A stretch of DNA of 64,000 nucleotides from an uncultured bacterium (GTDB lineage: Bacteria > Actinomycetota > Actinomycetes > S36-B12): assembly GCA_963700255.1 (NCBI GenBank), contig CAVOWW010000029.1, positions 47,721 to 111,720 on the forward strand. The letters are read 5' to 3'. The position numbers and the translations under genes are program-made. The stretch's first letter is position 1. Each line of letters begins with the position of its first letter. Below the pieces are notes generated by a model that was not told the DNA's origin, searched no databases, and worked only from the letters and a program-made list of their open reading frames with translations. Below, one piece after another: positions 41,125 to 54,079 of this stretch.

Positions 41125-41951
41125 CGCGACACCTCCCCCTGAGGTCCGTCGGGATGGGTGAGCCGGCCGGCCAGCATGGCCTGCACGCGCGGCGCGACAT
41201 CCTCGTCGCCGAGGATCCGCGCACCCTCGCCGTCGACGACGGCGACCACCGGGTAGATGCCGCGGGCCATGTCCGGCCCGCCGGTCGCGCTGTCGTCGTC
41301 GGCTGCGTCGTACAGGGCCTCGAGTGCGGTCGACACCGCATCGTCGATCCGGGCCCCCCGGCGGTAGAGCTTCTTCAGCGAGCCCCGGGCGAAGGTCGAC
41401 CCGGAGCCGACGGCGTAGAAGTCGTGCTCCTCGTAGCGCCCGCCGGTCACGTCGTAGGAGAAGATCCGGCCCGTCGTGCTCCGCTCGTCGAAGCCGGCGA
41501 AGAGCGGCACGACGGCCAGCCCCTGCATGGCCAGGCCCAGGTTGCTGCGGAGCATCGATGCGAGGCGGTTCGCCTTGCCGTCCAGGGACAGCGGCAGGCC
41601 CTCGATCTTCTCGTAGTGCTCGAGCTCGACCTGGAAGATCCGCACCAGCTCGACCGCGAGGCCGGCGGTGCCGGCGATGCCGATGACCGAGAACTCATCG
41701 GCGACGAACACCTTCTCGATGTCGTGCTGCGCGATGAGGTTGCCCATCGTGGCTCGGCGGTCGCCTGCCATCACCACGCCGTCACCGGTGCGCAGGGCCA
41801 CGATGGTCGTCCCGTGGGGTGCGAGGCCGTGGTGGCCGGCCTCGGAGGAGAGCGTCGGGAGCCGGTCGGGGTGGAGGGCGGCGAGGAAGTCGACGAACGA
41901 GGACGAGCCGGTCGCCCGGTAGGGCTCGGGGAGGCCCAGAGGTGCGCTCAC
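41121..41951 (-). CDS. prcB: proteasome subunit beta
   Basis: Propeptide followed by the active-site Thr in [12 protein letters not shown]-type overlap with prcA. Confidence 0.95.
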   Translation of the reverse strand: MSAPLGLPEPYRATGSSSFVDFLAALHPDRLPTLSSEAGHHGLAPHGTTIVALRTGDGVVMAGDRRATMGNLIAQHDIEKVFVADEFSVIGIAGTAGLAVELVRIFQVELEHYEKIEGLPLSLDGKANRLASMLRSNLGLAMQGLAVVPLFAGFDERSTTGRIFSYDVTGGRYEEHDFYAVGSGSTFARGSLKKLYRRGARIDDAVSTALEALYDAADDDSATGGPDMARGIYPVVAVVDGEGARILGDEDVAPRVQAMLAGRLTHPDGPQGEVSR

Positions 41952-42145
41952 TGCCCGCCCTTCTGGACGAACGACTTCACGAAGTCCTCGGCGTTCTCCT
42001 CGAGCACGGTGTCGATCTCGTCGAGGATGGCATCCACGTCGGAGTCCAGCTCCGAGGGAGCGGTCTCGGCGGCCTTCGGAGTCTCCTCGTCAGCCTCGAC
42101 GGAGCGGTCAACTCGTCGCTGCTCGGCATTCTCGCGCTGGGGCAT
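41948..42145 (-). CDS. pup: prokaryotic ubiquitin-like protein Pup
   Basis: 65 aa, acidic, ends ...[12 protein letters not shown]. Confidence 0.95.
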   Translation of the reverse strand: MPQRENAEQRRVDRSVEADEETPKAAETAPSELDSDVDAILDEIDTVLEENAEDFVKSFVQKGGQ

Positions 42146-42154
42146 GACGTCAGG

Positions 42155-43684
42155 CTATCGCGATCCGTCGGGAGTCAGCCGGTCGATCAGCGTGGCGACA
42201 TCCGGCGACGCGTCCAGCAGGGAGGCGACATGGGCGCGCGTGCCGCGGAGCGGGTCGAGCGTCGGGACCCTCAGCAGGGACTCCCGCCCGGGCACGTCGA
42301 AGACGACGGAATCCCACGAGGCCGCCGCGATGGCGTTCGGGTAGCGGCGGATGCACTCCCCCCGGAAGTACGCCCGGGTGTCCTCCGGGGCCGAGTCCAC
42401 GGCCCCGGCGACCTCATCGTCGGTGAACATCCGGCGCAGCCGGCCCCGTTGCTCGAGGCGTGCCGCCAGGCCCTTGTCCGGCCGGATGTCGGAGTACTGG
42501 AGGTCGATGAGCTGCAGTCGCGGGGAGTCCCAGGCCAGGCCGTCTCGACGCACGAAGCCGTCCATCAGCCGGCGCTTGGCGATCCAGTCGATCCGGTCGG
42601 CCAGCGAGTCGGGGTCGCTGCCGAGACCCTCGAGCACGCGTCGCCACTCGTCCAGAAGCTCCTCCGTGGCGCCGTCGAGGTCGGCGTGGTCCCCTCGGCG
42701 GCAGAACTCGTCGGCGAGCGCGTACAGCTCCCACTGCACCTCCAGGGCCGTCATGCGGCGACCGTCGGCCATGGCGACCTGGTGCGTGAGGCTGACATCG
42801 TGCGAGACGGCGTGCATCTCCGACACCGGGCGGGTCGGGGTCCAGTCACGACCCCGCAGGTAGCCCTCCTCGAGCATCGCGAGGACGACGGCCGTGGTGC
42901 CGATCTTCAGGTACGTGGCGGTGTCGCTGAGGTTCGCGTCACCGACGATCACATGGAGCCGTCGGTAGCGCTCCGGATCGGCGTGCGGCTCGTCGCGAGT
43001 GTTGATGATCGGGCGCTTCAGCGTGGTCTCGAGCCCCACCTCCACCTCGAAGAAGTCCGCGCGCTGGCTCAGCTGGAAGGCGCTCACCCGGCCGTCCTGC
43101 CCGACGCCGAGCCGCCCCGCGCCCGTGAACACCTGGCGCGTGATGAAGAAGGGGGTGAGATGGCGCACGATGTCCGCGAAGGGCGTGGTGCGCTGCATGA
43201 GGTAGTTCTCGTGGCATCCGTAGGACGCGCCCTTGTTGTCCGTGTTGTTCTTGTACAGGACGATCGGGTGCGACTGCGGCACGGCAGCGGCCAGGCGCAT
43301 CCCGGCACGCATGATCTCGACGCCCGCCCTGTCCCAGAGGACCGCATCACGCGGGTTCGTCACCTCCGGGGTCGACAGCTCCGGGTGCGCGTGGTCCACG
43401 TAGAGGCGGGAGCCGTTGGTGAGGATGACGTTCGCCATCCCCGTGTCATCGTCGGTGAGCTGCGTCGGGTCCGCGTCGGCACGGGACATGTCGAAGCCGC
43501 GGGCATCGCGTAGGGGGCTCTCGACCTCGTAGTCCCAGCTCGCCTTGTGTCGTGCCCCGCGGAGCGCGAACTGCCCGTACGCATTGACGATCTGGGAGCT
43601 CGACACCATCGGGTTCAGGTTGGGGTGCCCGGGCACCGAGATGCCGTACTCGGTCTCGATGCCCATCACCCGATGGACGGTCAC
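42155..43684 (-). CDS. dop: Pup deamidase/depupylase Dop
   Basis: VHRVMGIETEYGIS..., CHENYLM. GTG start overlaps the arc stop by 1 nt. Confidence 0.95.
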   Translation of the reverse strand: MTVHRVMGIETEYGISVPGHPNLNPMVSSSQIVNAYGQFALRGARHKASWDYEVESPLRDARGFDMSRADADPTQLTDDDTGMANVILTNGSRLYVDHAHPELSTPEVTNPRDAVLWDRAGVEIMRAGMRLAAAVPQSHPIVLYKNNTDNKGASYGCHENYLMQRTTPFADIVRHLTPFFITRQVFTGAGRLGVGQDGRVSAFQLSQRADFFEVEVGLETTLKRPIINTRDEPHADPERYRRLHVIVGDANLSDTATYLKIGTTAVVLAMLEEGYLRGRDWTPTRPVSEMHAVSHDVSLTHQVAMADGRRMTALEVQWELYALADEFCRRGDHADLDGATEELLDEWRRVLEGLGSDPDSLADRIDWIAKRRLMDGFVRRDGLAWDSPRLQLIDLQYSDIRPDKGLAARLEQRGRLRRMFTDDEVAGAVDSAPEDTRAYFRGECIRRYPNAIAAASWDSVVFDVPGRESLLRVPTLDPLRGTRAHVASLLDASPDVATLIDRLTPDGSR

Positions 43685-45399
43685 TACAGGTACTGCCCGG
43701 TGTTCGCCACGTTCTCGATGCTGCGGCCCGGCTCGGAGCCCTTCTTGCCCTGGATGAGGGTGCGGATGAAGACGATCCGCTCGCCCTTCTTGCCGCTGAT
43801 CCGGGCCCAGTCGTCGGGATTGGTGGTGTTGGGCAGGTCCTCGTTCTCGCGGAACTCGTCGATGCAGGCCGCGAGGACGTGCTGGACGCGGATCCCCTTC
43901 TCCCCCGTGTCGAGGAAGTCCTTGATCGCCATCTTCTTGGCCCGGGCGACGATGTTCTCGATCATGGCGCCCGAGTTGAAGTCCTTGAAGTACAGGATCT
44001 CCTTGTCGCCGTTGGCATAGGTGACCTCGAGGAACTGGTTGTCCTCGGACTCGTCGTACATGCGCTCGATCGCCCGCTGGATCATCGCCCGGCAGGTGGT
44101 CTCGGCGTCCTGGCCGTGCTCGGCGAGATCATCGCGGTGCAGGGGCAGGGTCGGCACCAGGTACTTGGTGAAGATGTCACGAGCGGCCTCCGCATCGGGA
44201 CGCTCGATCTTGATCTTCACGTCCAGGCGCCCGGGACGCAGGATGGCGGGGTCGATCATGTCCTCGCGGTTCGAGGCGCCGATGACGATGACGTTCTCCA
44301 GGCTCTCCACGCCGTCGATCTCGCTGAGCAGCTGGGGGACGATCGTGTTCTCGACGTCGCTGGACACCCCCGTGCCGCGAGTGCGGAACAGCGAGTCCAT
44401 CTCGTCGAAGAACACGATCACGGGCATGCCCTCGGAGGCCTTCTCCCGTGCCCGCTGGAACACCAGGCGGATGTGCCGCTCGGTCTCGCCGACGTACTTG
44501 TTGAGGAGCTCAGGGCCCTTGATGTTGAGGAAGTACGACCTGCCCTCCTCGCGCCCGGTGCGCTCGGCGACCTTCTTCGCGAGGGAGTTGGCGACGGCCT
44601 TGGCGATCAGCGTCTTGCCGCAGCCGGGTGGCCCGTAGAGAAGGATCCCCTTCGGCGGCTTGAGATCGTGCTCGGCGAACAGCTCCGGGTGCATGAACGG
44701 CAGCTCGACCGCATCGCGGATCGCGTCGATCTGGTCCCCCAGCCCGCCGATGTCCTGGTACCGGATGTCGGGAACCTCCTCGAGAACGAGCTCCTCGACC
44801 TCGGACTTCGGGATCACCTCGTACACGTAGCCGGCCCGGACGTCGCACAGCAGGGAGTCGCCGGCCCGGACGCGCTGGTCCCTGAGCGGCTGGGCGACGC
44901 GCACGACGCGCTCCTCGTCGGTGTGCCCGATGACCAGCGCCCTCTCCCGGTCCTCCAGGTACTCCTTGAACACGACGATCTCGCCCGTCTTCTCGAACGT
45001 CATCGCCTCGATGACGTTCAGGGACTCGTTGAGCATGACCTCCTGGCCCGGACGCAGGCTCTCGAGATCGATGCTGGGGCTCACGGCGACCCGGAGCTTG
45101 CGTCCCGCCGACACGATGTCGGCGCTGCCGTCGTCGTGCCGGGCGAGGAAGGTGCCGAACCCGCTGGGGGGCTCGCCGAGCCGGTCGACCTCGGCCTTGA
45201 GGGTGACGATCTGCTCGCGCGCGTCGCGGAGCGTGGCGATGAGGCGGGAGTTGTGGTCCTTCTGGGCGGCGAGCTCTCCGCGCACCTCCGTGAGGGCCGT
45301 CTCCAGGCCGAAGACCCGTGCCTGCCAGCTGTCGTTCTCGCTCATGACGCCTCCCAGTGCCGGTTCGCCGTCACTGTAACCCGAGGGGACGTCATCCAC
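43684..45399 (-). CDS. arc: proteasome-associated AAA ATPase (ARC/Mpa)
   Basis: N-terminal coiled coil, Walker A GPPGCGKT, Walker [10 protein letters not shown], and C-terminal ...NTGQYL. An alternative start is at 45345. Confidence 0.95.
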   Translation of the reverse strand: MDDVPSGYSDGEPALGGVMSENDSWQARVFGLETALTEVRGELAAQKDHNSRLIATLRDAREQIVTLKAEVDRLGEPPSGFGTFLARHDDGSADIVSAGRKLRVAVSPSIDLESLRPGQEVMLNESLNVIEAMTFEKTGEIVVFKEYLEDRERALVIGHTDEERVVRVAQPLRDQRVRAGDSLLCDVRAGYVYEVIPKSEVEELVLEEVPDIRYQDIGGLGDQIDAIRDAVELPFMHPELFAEHDLKPPKGILLYGPPGCGKTLIAKAVANSLAKKVAERTGREEGRSYFLNIKGPELLNKYVGETERHIRLVFQRAREKASEGMPVIVFFDEMDSLFRTRGTGVSSDVENTIVPQLLSEIDGVESLENVIVIGASNREDMIDPAILRPGRLDVKIKIERPDAEAARDIFTKYLVPTLPLHRDDLAEHGQDAETTCRAMIQRAIERMYDESEDNQFLEVTYANGDKEILYFKDFNSGAMIENIVARAKKMAIKDFLDTGEKGIRVQHVLAACIDEFRENEDLPNTTNPDDWARISGKKGERIVFIRTLIQGKKGSEPGRSIENVANTGQYL

Positions 45400-45411
45400 C
45401 GGGTGACACGA

Positions 45412-48068
<2,657 letters not shown>

Positions 48069-48077
48069 GCCCGACGC

Positions 48078-48743
48078 CTACCCGCGTGCGGCCCGCCACA
48101 GGTCGTGCAGGTCACGGCCCGCCAGGGTGCCGACGAGCAGCGCGGTGGGCTCGTCGACAGCGGCGATGTGCGGGATCGCGATGACGACGCAGCCGGCCGC
48201 GAGGGCCGAACGGACCCCGGTCGGCGAGTCCTCCAGTGCGAGGCAGTGCGCGGGCTCCTGTCCCAGGCCAGCCGCAGCCGTGAGGTAGGGGTCCGGATGC
48301 GGCTTGCTGTTGGCGACGTCATCGCCGGCCACGATGAGGTCGAAGGCGGCCCTGCCGAGGTCGTCGTCGATCCTCTGCTGGACGGCGGCGATGAGCCGCG
48401 TCCACGACGCCGACACCAGTGCCGTCGGGACCCCGAGCTCGCGGCATTCGAGGAGGAGGGCACGTGCCCCCGGGCGCCACGCGAGGTCGCTCTCGCGGAG
48501 GCGAACCTCCATGGCGTCCAGGAGGAGGTCGCCGACGGCGTCGGAGGGCATCGAGGTGCCGGACAGCTCGACCATGTAGTCGGCCACGCGTTCCAGCGGA
48601 CCGCCCAGGCAGTGCTCCTGGTCCTTCTCAGACCAGGATGCCCCGAGGCCAGCCATCACCGCGATCTCGGCGTCGAGCCACAGCCCCTCGCTGTCGATCA
48701 GGGTGCCATCCATGTCGAAGAGCACCGCCGCAGGCAGGCTCAT
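48078..48743 (-). CDS. HAD family hydrolase
   Basis: Start ATG 48743 in an ATGA overlap with the metH stop. Motif I LFDMDGTLIDSE, motif IV-like LEDSPTG. Confidence 0.85.
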   Translation of the reverse strand: MSLPAAVLFDMDGTLIDSEGLWLDAEIAVMAGLGASWSEKDQEHCLGGPLERVADYMVELSGTSMPSDAVGDLLLDAMEVRLRESDLAWRPGARALLLECRELGVPTALVSASWTRLIAAVQQRIDDDLGRAAFDLIVAGDDVANSKPHPDPYLTAAAGLGQEPAHCLALEDSPTGVRSALAAGCVVIAIPHIAAVDEPTALLVGTLAGRDLHDLWRAARG

Positions 48744-51700
48744 GTCGCGTTGAAGTACTTGGCCTCGGGATGGTGGGAGATGATCGCGCTGGTCGACTGC
48801 TCGGGGTGGAGCTGGAACTCCTCCGAGAGCTCCACGTCGATCCGTGCGGGATCGAGGAGCTCCATGAGCATCACCTGCTGCTCGAGGTCGGGGCACGCGG
48901 GGTACCCGAACGAGTAGCGCGAGCCGCGGTAGCCCTGCTTCGCGATCAGGTAGTCCATGTCGGCGCTGTCGAAGGCGGCCAGGCCGAGCTCCTCGCGCAC
49001 GCGGGCGTGCCAGTACTCGGCGAGCGCCTCGGTCAGCTGGACCGACAGGCCGTGCAGCTCGAGGTAGTCACGGTAGGAGTCCGACTCGAAGAGCTTGGCG
49101 GTCGCTGCCGACGCCGCGTGCCCCATGGTGACGACCGTGAACGCGACGACGTCGATCTCACCGGATTCCTTGGGCCGGAAGAAGTCCGCCAGGCAGAGAT
49201 GGCGATCGCGCCGCTGTCGCGGGAACGTGAACCGCACCCGCTCCTGCCCCTCCTTCGGGCCCTCGTGATGCAGGACGACGAGGGAGTTGTCCTCCGAATA
49301 GCAGGGGAAGTAGCCGTAGACGACCGCGGGCTCGATCATGCCGTCGGTCTGGATGCGGTCGAGCCACGCGCGCAGCCGCGGCCGGCCGTCGGTCTCCACC
49401 AGCTCCTCGTGGGAGGGACCCTCTCCGCGGGTCGGCTTGAGGCCCCACTGGCCGAGGAAGAGCGCCCGCTCGTCGATGTAGGGCACGTACTCGGCCAGCG
49501 AGACGCCCTTCACGACGCGGTCGCCCCAGAAGGGCGGCGTCGGCAGCTGCACGTCGATCGCGACGTCCGAGCGCGCCGGCATCTCGGCTGGTTCGGTCAT
49601 CGCGGGTCGCGCAGCAGTGGTGACCCGGCGTGCGCGGCGCTCGGGCAGCGCGGCGCCCGGCACGCCGCGCTTGACGCCCATCACCGCGTCCATCAGCCGC
49701 AGGCCCTCGAAGGCATCCCGGGCGTACCGCACCTCGCCGTCGTAGATCTCGGCGAGGTCCTGCTCCACGTAGGAGCGGGTGAGCGCGGCGCCACCGAGCA
49801 CGACGGGGAAGCGCCGGCCGATACCGCGAGCGTTCATCTCCTGCAGGTTCTCCCGCATGATGACGGTGCTCTTGACGAGCAGGCCGCTCATGCCGATCAC
49901 GTCCGCGTTGCTCGTCTCCGCCGCCTCGATGATGGCCGAGATGGGCTGCTTGATGCCGATGTTGACGACCGTGTAGCCGTTGTTGGTCAGGATGATGTCG
50001 ACGAGGTTCTTGCCGATGTCGTGCACGTCGCCCTTCACGGTGGCGAGGACCATCGTGCCCTTGCCCTCCTCGTCGGTGCGCTCCATATGCGGCTCGAGAT
50101 AGGCGACGGCGGTCTTCATGACCTCGGCGCTCTGCAGGACGAACGGCAGCTGCATCTCCCCCGAGGCGAACAGCTCCCCCACCACCTTCATCCCGGCGAG
50201 GAGGGTGTTGTTGACGATCTCCAGCGCCGAGCGGCTGAGGAGGGCCTCGTCGAGGTCGACGTCGAGGCCCTGTCGCTCGCCGTCGATGATGCGCCGCTCG
50301 AGGCGGTCGAACAGGGGCAGAGCCGCGAGCTCCTCCGCCTTGGACGCGTTGAGGGTCCGGGCCTCGACCCCCTCGAAGAGCTGCAGGAACCGCTGCAGGG
50401 GGTCGTACGTGACGTTCCCGTCGTCGTCGTAGGCCCGGCGGTCGTAGACGAGGTCGAGCGCCACCTGACGCTGCTCGTCCGGGATCTTCGACATCGGCAG
50501 GATCTTCGACGCATGCACGATGGCCGAGTCGAGGCCGGCCGCCGTCGTCTCGTGCAGGAACACCGAGTTGAGCACCTGCCGGGCAGCCGGGTTGAGGCCG
50601 AACGAGACGTTCGAGAGGCCCAGGGTCGTCTGGACGTCGGGATAGAGGGTCTTGAGCTGCCTGATGGCCTCGATCGTCTCGATGCCGTCCCGCCTGGTCT
50701 CCTCCTGGCCGGTCGCGATCGGGAAGGTGAGCGTGTCGACCAGGATGTCCCCGACCGACATCCCCCAGTGGCCGGTCAGATCGCGGATGAGCCGGTCGGC
50801 CACGCGGACCTTCCACTCGGCCGTGCGCGCCTGTCCCTCCTCGTCGATCGTCAGGGCGACCACGCCGGCACCGTGCTCGGCCACGAGCGGCATGATGCGA
50901 CGGATCCTGGAGTCCGGACCGTCGCCGTCCTCGTAGTTGACCGAGTTGACGACGGCCCGGCCGCCGAGCATCTCCAGTCCCGCCTGAAGCACGGCGGGCT
51001 CCGTCGAGTCCAGCACGATGGGCAGCGTGGACGCGGTGGCGAGCCGTCCGGCCAGCTCCTTCATGTCGGCGACGCCGTCGCGCCCGACATAGTCGATGCA
51101 GAGGTCGAGCAGGTGGGCTCCGTCGCGGATCTGGTCGCGGGCGATCTCGACGCAGTCGTCCCACCGCTGCTCGAGCATGGCCTCGCGGAACGCCTTGGAG
51201 CCGTTGGCGTTGGTGCGCTCGCCGATGGACAGGTACGCGGTGTCCTGGCGGAAGGGGACCGCCTGGTAGAGCGATGCGGCCGCGGCCTCGGTGTGCGGCC
51301 TGCGCGGCGTGACCTCGCGGCCGCGGACCCGGTCCACGACGTGCTTGAGGTGCTCAGGCGTCGTTCCGCAGCACCCGCCGACGAGAGCGAGCCCGAACTC
51401 CCGCGTGAACATGTCGTGGGCGTCCGCGAGCTCCGAGGGGCTGAGCGGGTAGTGGGCGCCGTCGGAGGTCAGGACGGGCAGGCCGGCGTTCGGCATCGCC
51501 GAGATGCCGATGCTGGACGTGCGGGCCAGCGTGCGGAGATGCTCGCTCATCTCAGCGGGGCCGGTGGCGCAGTTGAGCCCGATCATGTCGATCCCCAGGG
51601 GCGCCAGCGAGGTCAGGGCGGCACCTATCTCCGTGCCGAGCAGCATGGTCCCGGTGGTCTCGACCGTCACCTGGGCGAAGATCGGCAGGGGCACGCCGGC

Positions 51701-52279
51701 GTCGGCGAGGGCGCGCTTGGCTCCCACGATGGCGGCCTTGGCCTGCAGGAGGTCCTGGGCGGTCTCGATGAGGATCGCGTCGGCACCGCCGGCGACGAGA
51801 CCAGCCACCTGCTGCTGGTAGGCGTCGCGGAGCACCGCATAGGGCGCGTGGCCCAGGCTGGGCAGCTTCGTGCCCGGGCCGACCGAGCCGAGCACCCAGC
51901 GCGGATGCGCCGGAGTGGACCAGTCGTCGGCCACCCGACGCGCGATGACGGCCCCGGCCTCGGCGAGCTCGAAGATGCGCTCGGGGATCGAGTACTCCCC
52001 CAGGTTCGCGAGGTTGGCGCCGAACGTGTTGGTCTCGACGCAGTCGACCCCGACGGAGAAGTAGGCGTCGTGCACGCTCGCGACCAGCTCGGGGCGCGTC
52101 ACGTTGAGGATCTCGTTGCAGCCCTCGTACCCCTGGAAGTCGTCCAGCGACGGGTCGGCGGCCTGGAGCATGGTCCCCATGGCCCCGTCCGCGACGACGA
52201 CGCGCTTGGTGAGGGCTCCGCGGAGCGATCCGCGACCGTGCGTGGGATGGGGGGACGCGCTTGATGCCATGAGCCGCAA
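48740..52279 (-). CDS. metH: cobalamin-dependent methionine synthase
   Basis: 1179 aa with Hcy-binding, pterin-binding, B12-binding (GDVHDIGKN) and AdoMet-activation domains, read without interruption. Confidence 0.95.
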   Translation of the reverse strand: MRLMASSASPHPTHGRGSLRGALTKRVVVADGAMGTMLQAADPSLDDFQGYEGCNEILNVTRPELVASVHDAYFSVGVDCVETNTFGANLANLGEYSIPERIFELAEAGAVIARRVADDWSTPAHPRWVLGSVGPGTKLPSLGHAPYAVLRDAYQQQVAGLVAGGADAILIETAQDLLQAKAAIVGAKRALADAGVPLPIFAQVTVETTGTMLLGTEIGAALTSLAPLGIDMIGLNCATGPAEMSEHLRTLARTSSIGISAMPNAGLPVLTSDGAHYPLSPSELADAHDMFTREFGLALVGGCCGTTPEHLKHVVDRVRGREVTPRRPHTEAAAASLYQAVPFRQDTAYLSIGERTNANGSKAFREAMLEQRWDDCVEIARDQIRDGAHLLDLCIDYVGRDGVADMKELAGRLATASTLPIVLDSTEPAVLQAGLEMLGGRAVVNSVNYEDGDGPDSRIRRIMPLVAEHGAGVVALTIDEEGQARTAEWKVRVADRLIRDLTGHWGMSVGDILVDTLTFPIATGQEETRRDGIETIEAIRQLKTLYPDVQTTLGLSNVSFGLNPAARQVLNSVFLHETTAAGLDSAIVHASKILPMSKIPDEQRQVALDLVYDRRAYDDDGNVTYDPLQRFLQLFEGVEARTLNASKAEELAALPLFDRLERRIIDGERQGLDVDLDEALLSRSALEIVNNTLLAGMKVVGELFASGEMQLPFVLQSAEVMKTAVAYLEPHMERTDEEGKGTMVLATVKGDVHDIGKNLVDIILTNNGYTVVNIGIKQPISAIIEAAETSNADVIGMSGLLVKSTVIMRENLQEMNARGIGRRFPVVLGGAALTRSYVEQDLAEIYDGEVRYARDAFEGLRLMDAVMGVKRGVPGAALPERRARRVTTAARPAMTEPAEMPARSDVAIDVQLPTPPFWGDRVVKGVSLAEYVPYIDERALFLGQWGLKPTRGEGPSHEELVETDGRPRLRAWLDRIQTDGMIEPAVVYGYFPCYSEDNSLVVLHHEGPKEGQERVRFTFPRQRRDRHLCLADFFRPKESGEIDVVAFTVVTMGHAASAATAKLFESDSYRDYLELHGLSVQLTEALAEYWHARVREELGLAAFDSADMDYLIAKQGYRGSRYSFGYPACPDLEQQVMLMELLDPARIDVELSEEFQLHPEQSTSAIISHHPEAKYFNAT

Positions 52280-52328
52280 GCCTACCTATCGGCCTGCCGG
52301 GCAGTGATGAGCGCACTACGGTGGCGGG

Positions 52329-53231
52329 ATGCTGGAGCCCACCTCGACCGAGCGCGTGGCGACGTCGCCGGGTGTCGAGGTGGTCGTGACGACCTACGGC
52401 GCAGGGACCGCCGGCCTGCCGGTGCTGCTGCTGCACGGCCTCAGCCAGCAGCGTGAGTTCTGGGGACCGGTCGTGCGCCGCCTGAGGAGCCGGCCGGTCG
52501 CCGCGATGGACCAGCGCGGGCACGGGGAGACCGACACCCCGCTCGACCGCGACTTCTCCGTCCCGGCATGTGCGGCGGACGTCGTGGCGGTGCTGGACCA
52601 TCTCGGCTGGGGCCGCGCGGTCGTGGTGGGTCACTCCTGGGGCGCGTCCGTGGCGCTCGACGTCGCCGCGTCCGCCGGCGATCGTGTCGCGGCGGCAGTG
52701 CTGGTCGACGGCGGCCTGTGGTCCCCCGGCTCTCTGGGACCGCGTGACGCGGTCCGCCTGGCCCTGACTCCTCCCGCCCTCGGGATCCCGGTCGACGACC
52801 TGTGGGACCGGATCCGCGGGGGCGACCTCGGCCCCTGGTGGTCGGACGAGGTCAAGGCGGCGCTCGCTCCGACCTTCCAGACCGGTCCGGACGGACTCGT
52901 CCGGACCAGGCTCGGCATGGAGCGGCACATGAAGGTGCTCGACGGGATGCTCGACCTCGACGTGCGGGCCACGCTCGACCGATGCACGGACGCAGGCGTT
53001 CCCGTCTGGGCCGCGGTGTGCGAGCCGGCGTCGACGTCCGCCGCGGCCGACGCGCCCTCCTCGGCGTGGCAGCGCGTCAGGGATGCCGCGGTGGCCGACG
53101 CACTGGATCGGGACAACTGCCTGGTTCACCGGTGGTCGGGAGCCGTCCACGACGTACCCTTGCAGTGGCCCGCCCTGGTGGCCGGGCTGGTGGACACGGT
53201 GGTCGAGCAGGCGGAGGGTGGCGATCGGTGA
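52329..53231 (+). CDS. alpha/beta hydrolase
   Basis: LLLHGLSQQREFW and nucleophile elbow VGHSWG. Confidence 0.8.
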   Translation: MLEPTSTERVATSPGVEVVVTTYGAGTAGLPVLLLHGLSQQREFWGPVVRRLRSRPVAAMDQRGHGETDTPLDRDFSVPACAADVVAVLDHLGWGRAVVVGHSWGASVALDVAASAGDRVAAAVLVDGGLWSPGSLGPRDAVRLALTPPALGIPVDDLWDRIRGGDLGPWWSDEVKAALAPTFQTGPDGLVRTRLGMERHMKVLDGMLDLDVRATLDRCTDAGVPVWAAVCEPASTSAAADAPSSAWQRVRDAAVADALDRDNCLVHRWSGAVHDVPLQWPALVAGLVDTVVEQAEGGDR

Positions 53232-54079
53232 TCGAGCTCGATGAGTTCCCCGTCCTTGTCGATCCCGTCATGGTCGCGGCCTTCGAGGGCTGGAACGACG
53301 CCGGCGACTCGGCATCGGGCACCGTCGCCCACCTGCGCGAGGTCTGGGACGCCCAGCCGCTCGCGGATCTGGACTCCGAGGAGTACTACGACTACCAGGT
53401 GAACCGGCCGCACATCATCGTCGACGAGACCGGCGTGCGCAGCCTGACCTGGCCCGCGACCCGGATCTACATCGCCCGGGTCCCGCTGTTCCCCCGGGAC
53501 ATCGTCCTCGTGCAGGGCATCGAGCCGAACATGAAGTGGCAGCAGTTCGTGCGCGAGATCCTCGGCCTCGCTGCCGAGCTCGAGGTGTCGACGCTCGTCA
53601 CGCTGGGCGCCCTGCTGTCGGACATCCCGCACACGCGGCCCGTCCCGGTGACGGGAACCACATCCGACGTCGCGCTCGGGGCCGACCTGGGGCTGGAGCC
53701 GTCGACGTACGAGGGTCCGACGGGGATCGTGGGCGTGCTGCAGGACGCCTGCGCGCGTTTCGGCATCTCGTCGGTGTCGCTGTGGGCTGCTGTCCCCCAC
53801 TACGTGGCGCAGCCACCCTGCCCGAAGGCGACGCTGGCACTGGTGCGTCGGATCGAGGACATCCTCGACGTCCCCGTGCCGCTGGGCGACCTGGTGGAGG
53901 AGGCGCGCGCCTGGGAGATCGGCGTGGACGAGCTCGCGGCGGACGACGACGAGGTCGCCGAGTACGTGAAGCAGCTCGAGGAGGCGCGGGACGCCGCCGA
54001 CCTCCCGGAGGCGAGCGGCGAGGCGATCGCGCGCGAGTTCGAGCGCTACCTGCGCCGTCGCGGCGCCGACGACCGCTAG
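53228..54079 (+). CDS. PAC2 (proteasome assembly chaperone 2-like) family protein
   Basis: GTG 53228 in a GTGA overlap. PVMVAAFEGWNDAGDSAS...YEGPTGIVGVL. Rv2125-like position next to metH. Confidence 0.8.
   Translation: MIELDEFPVLVDPVMVAAFEGWNDAGDSASGTVAHLREVWDAQPLADLDSEEYYDYQVNRPHIIVDETGVRSLTWPATRIYIARVPLFPRDIVLVQGIEPNMKWQQFVREILGLAAELEVSTLVTLGALLSDIPHTRPVPVTGTTSDVALGADLGLEPSTYEGPTGIVGVLQDACARFGISSVSLWAAVPHYVAQPPCPKATLALVRRIEDILDVPVPLGDLVEEARAWEIGVDELAADDDEVAEYVKQLEEARDAADLPEASGEAIAREFERYLRRRGADDR

Noticed and set aside
48419-52264. 1281-aa plus-strand ORF opposite metH
   Set aside because: It is antisense to an intact, unmistakable metH. Its composition is low-complexity Arg/Gly/Asp/Val-rich, so it is a shadow ORF.
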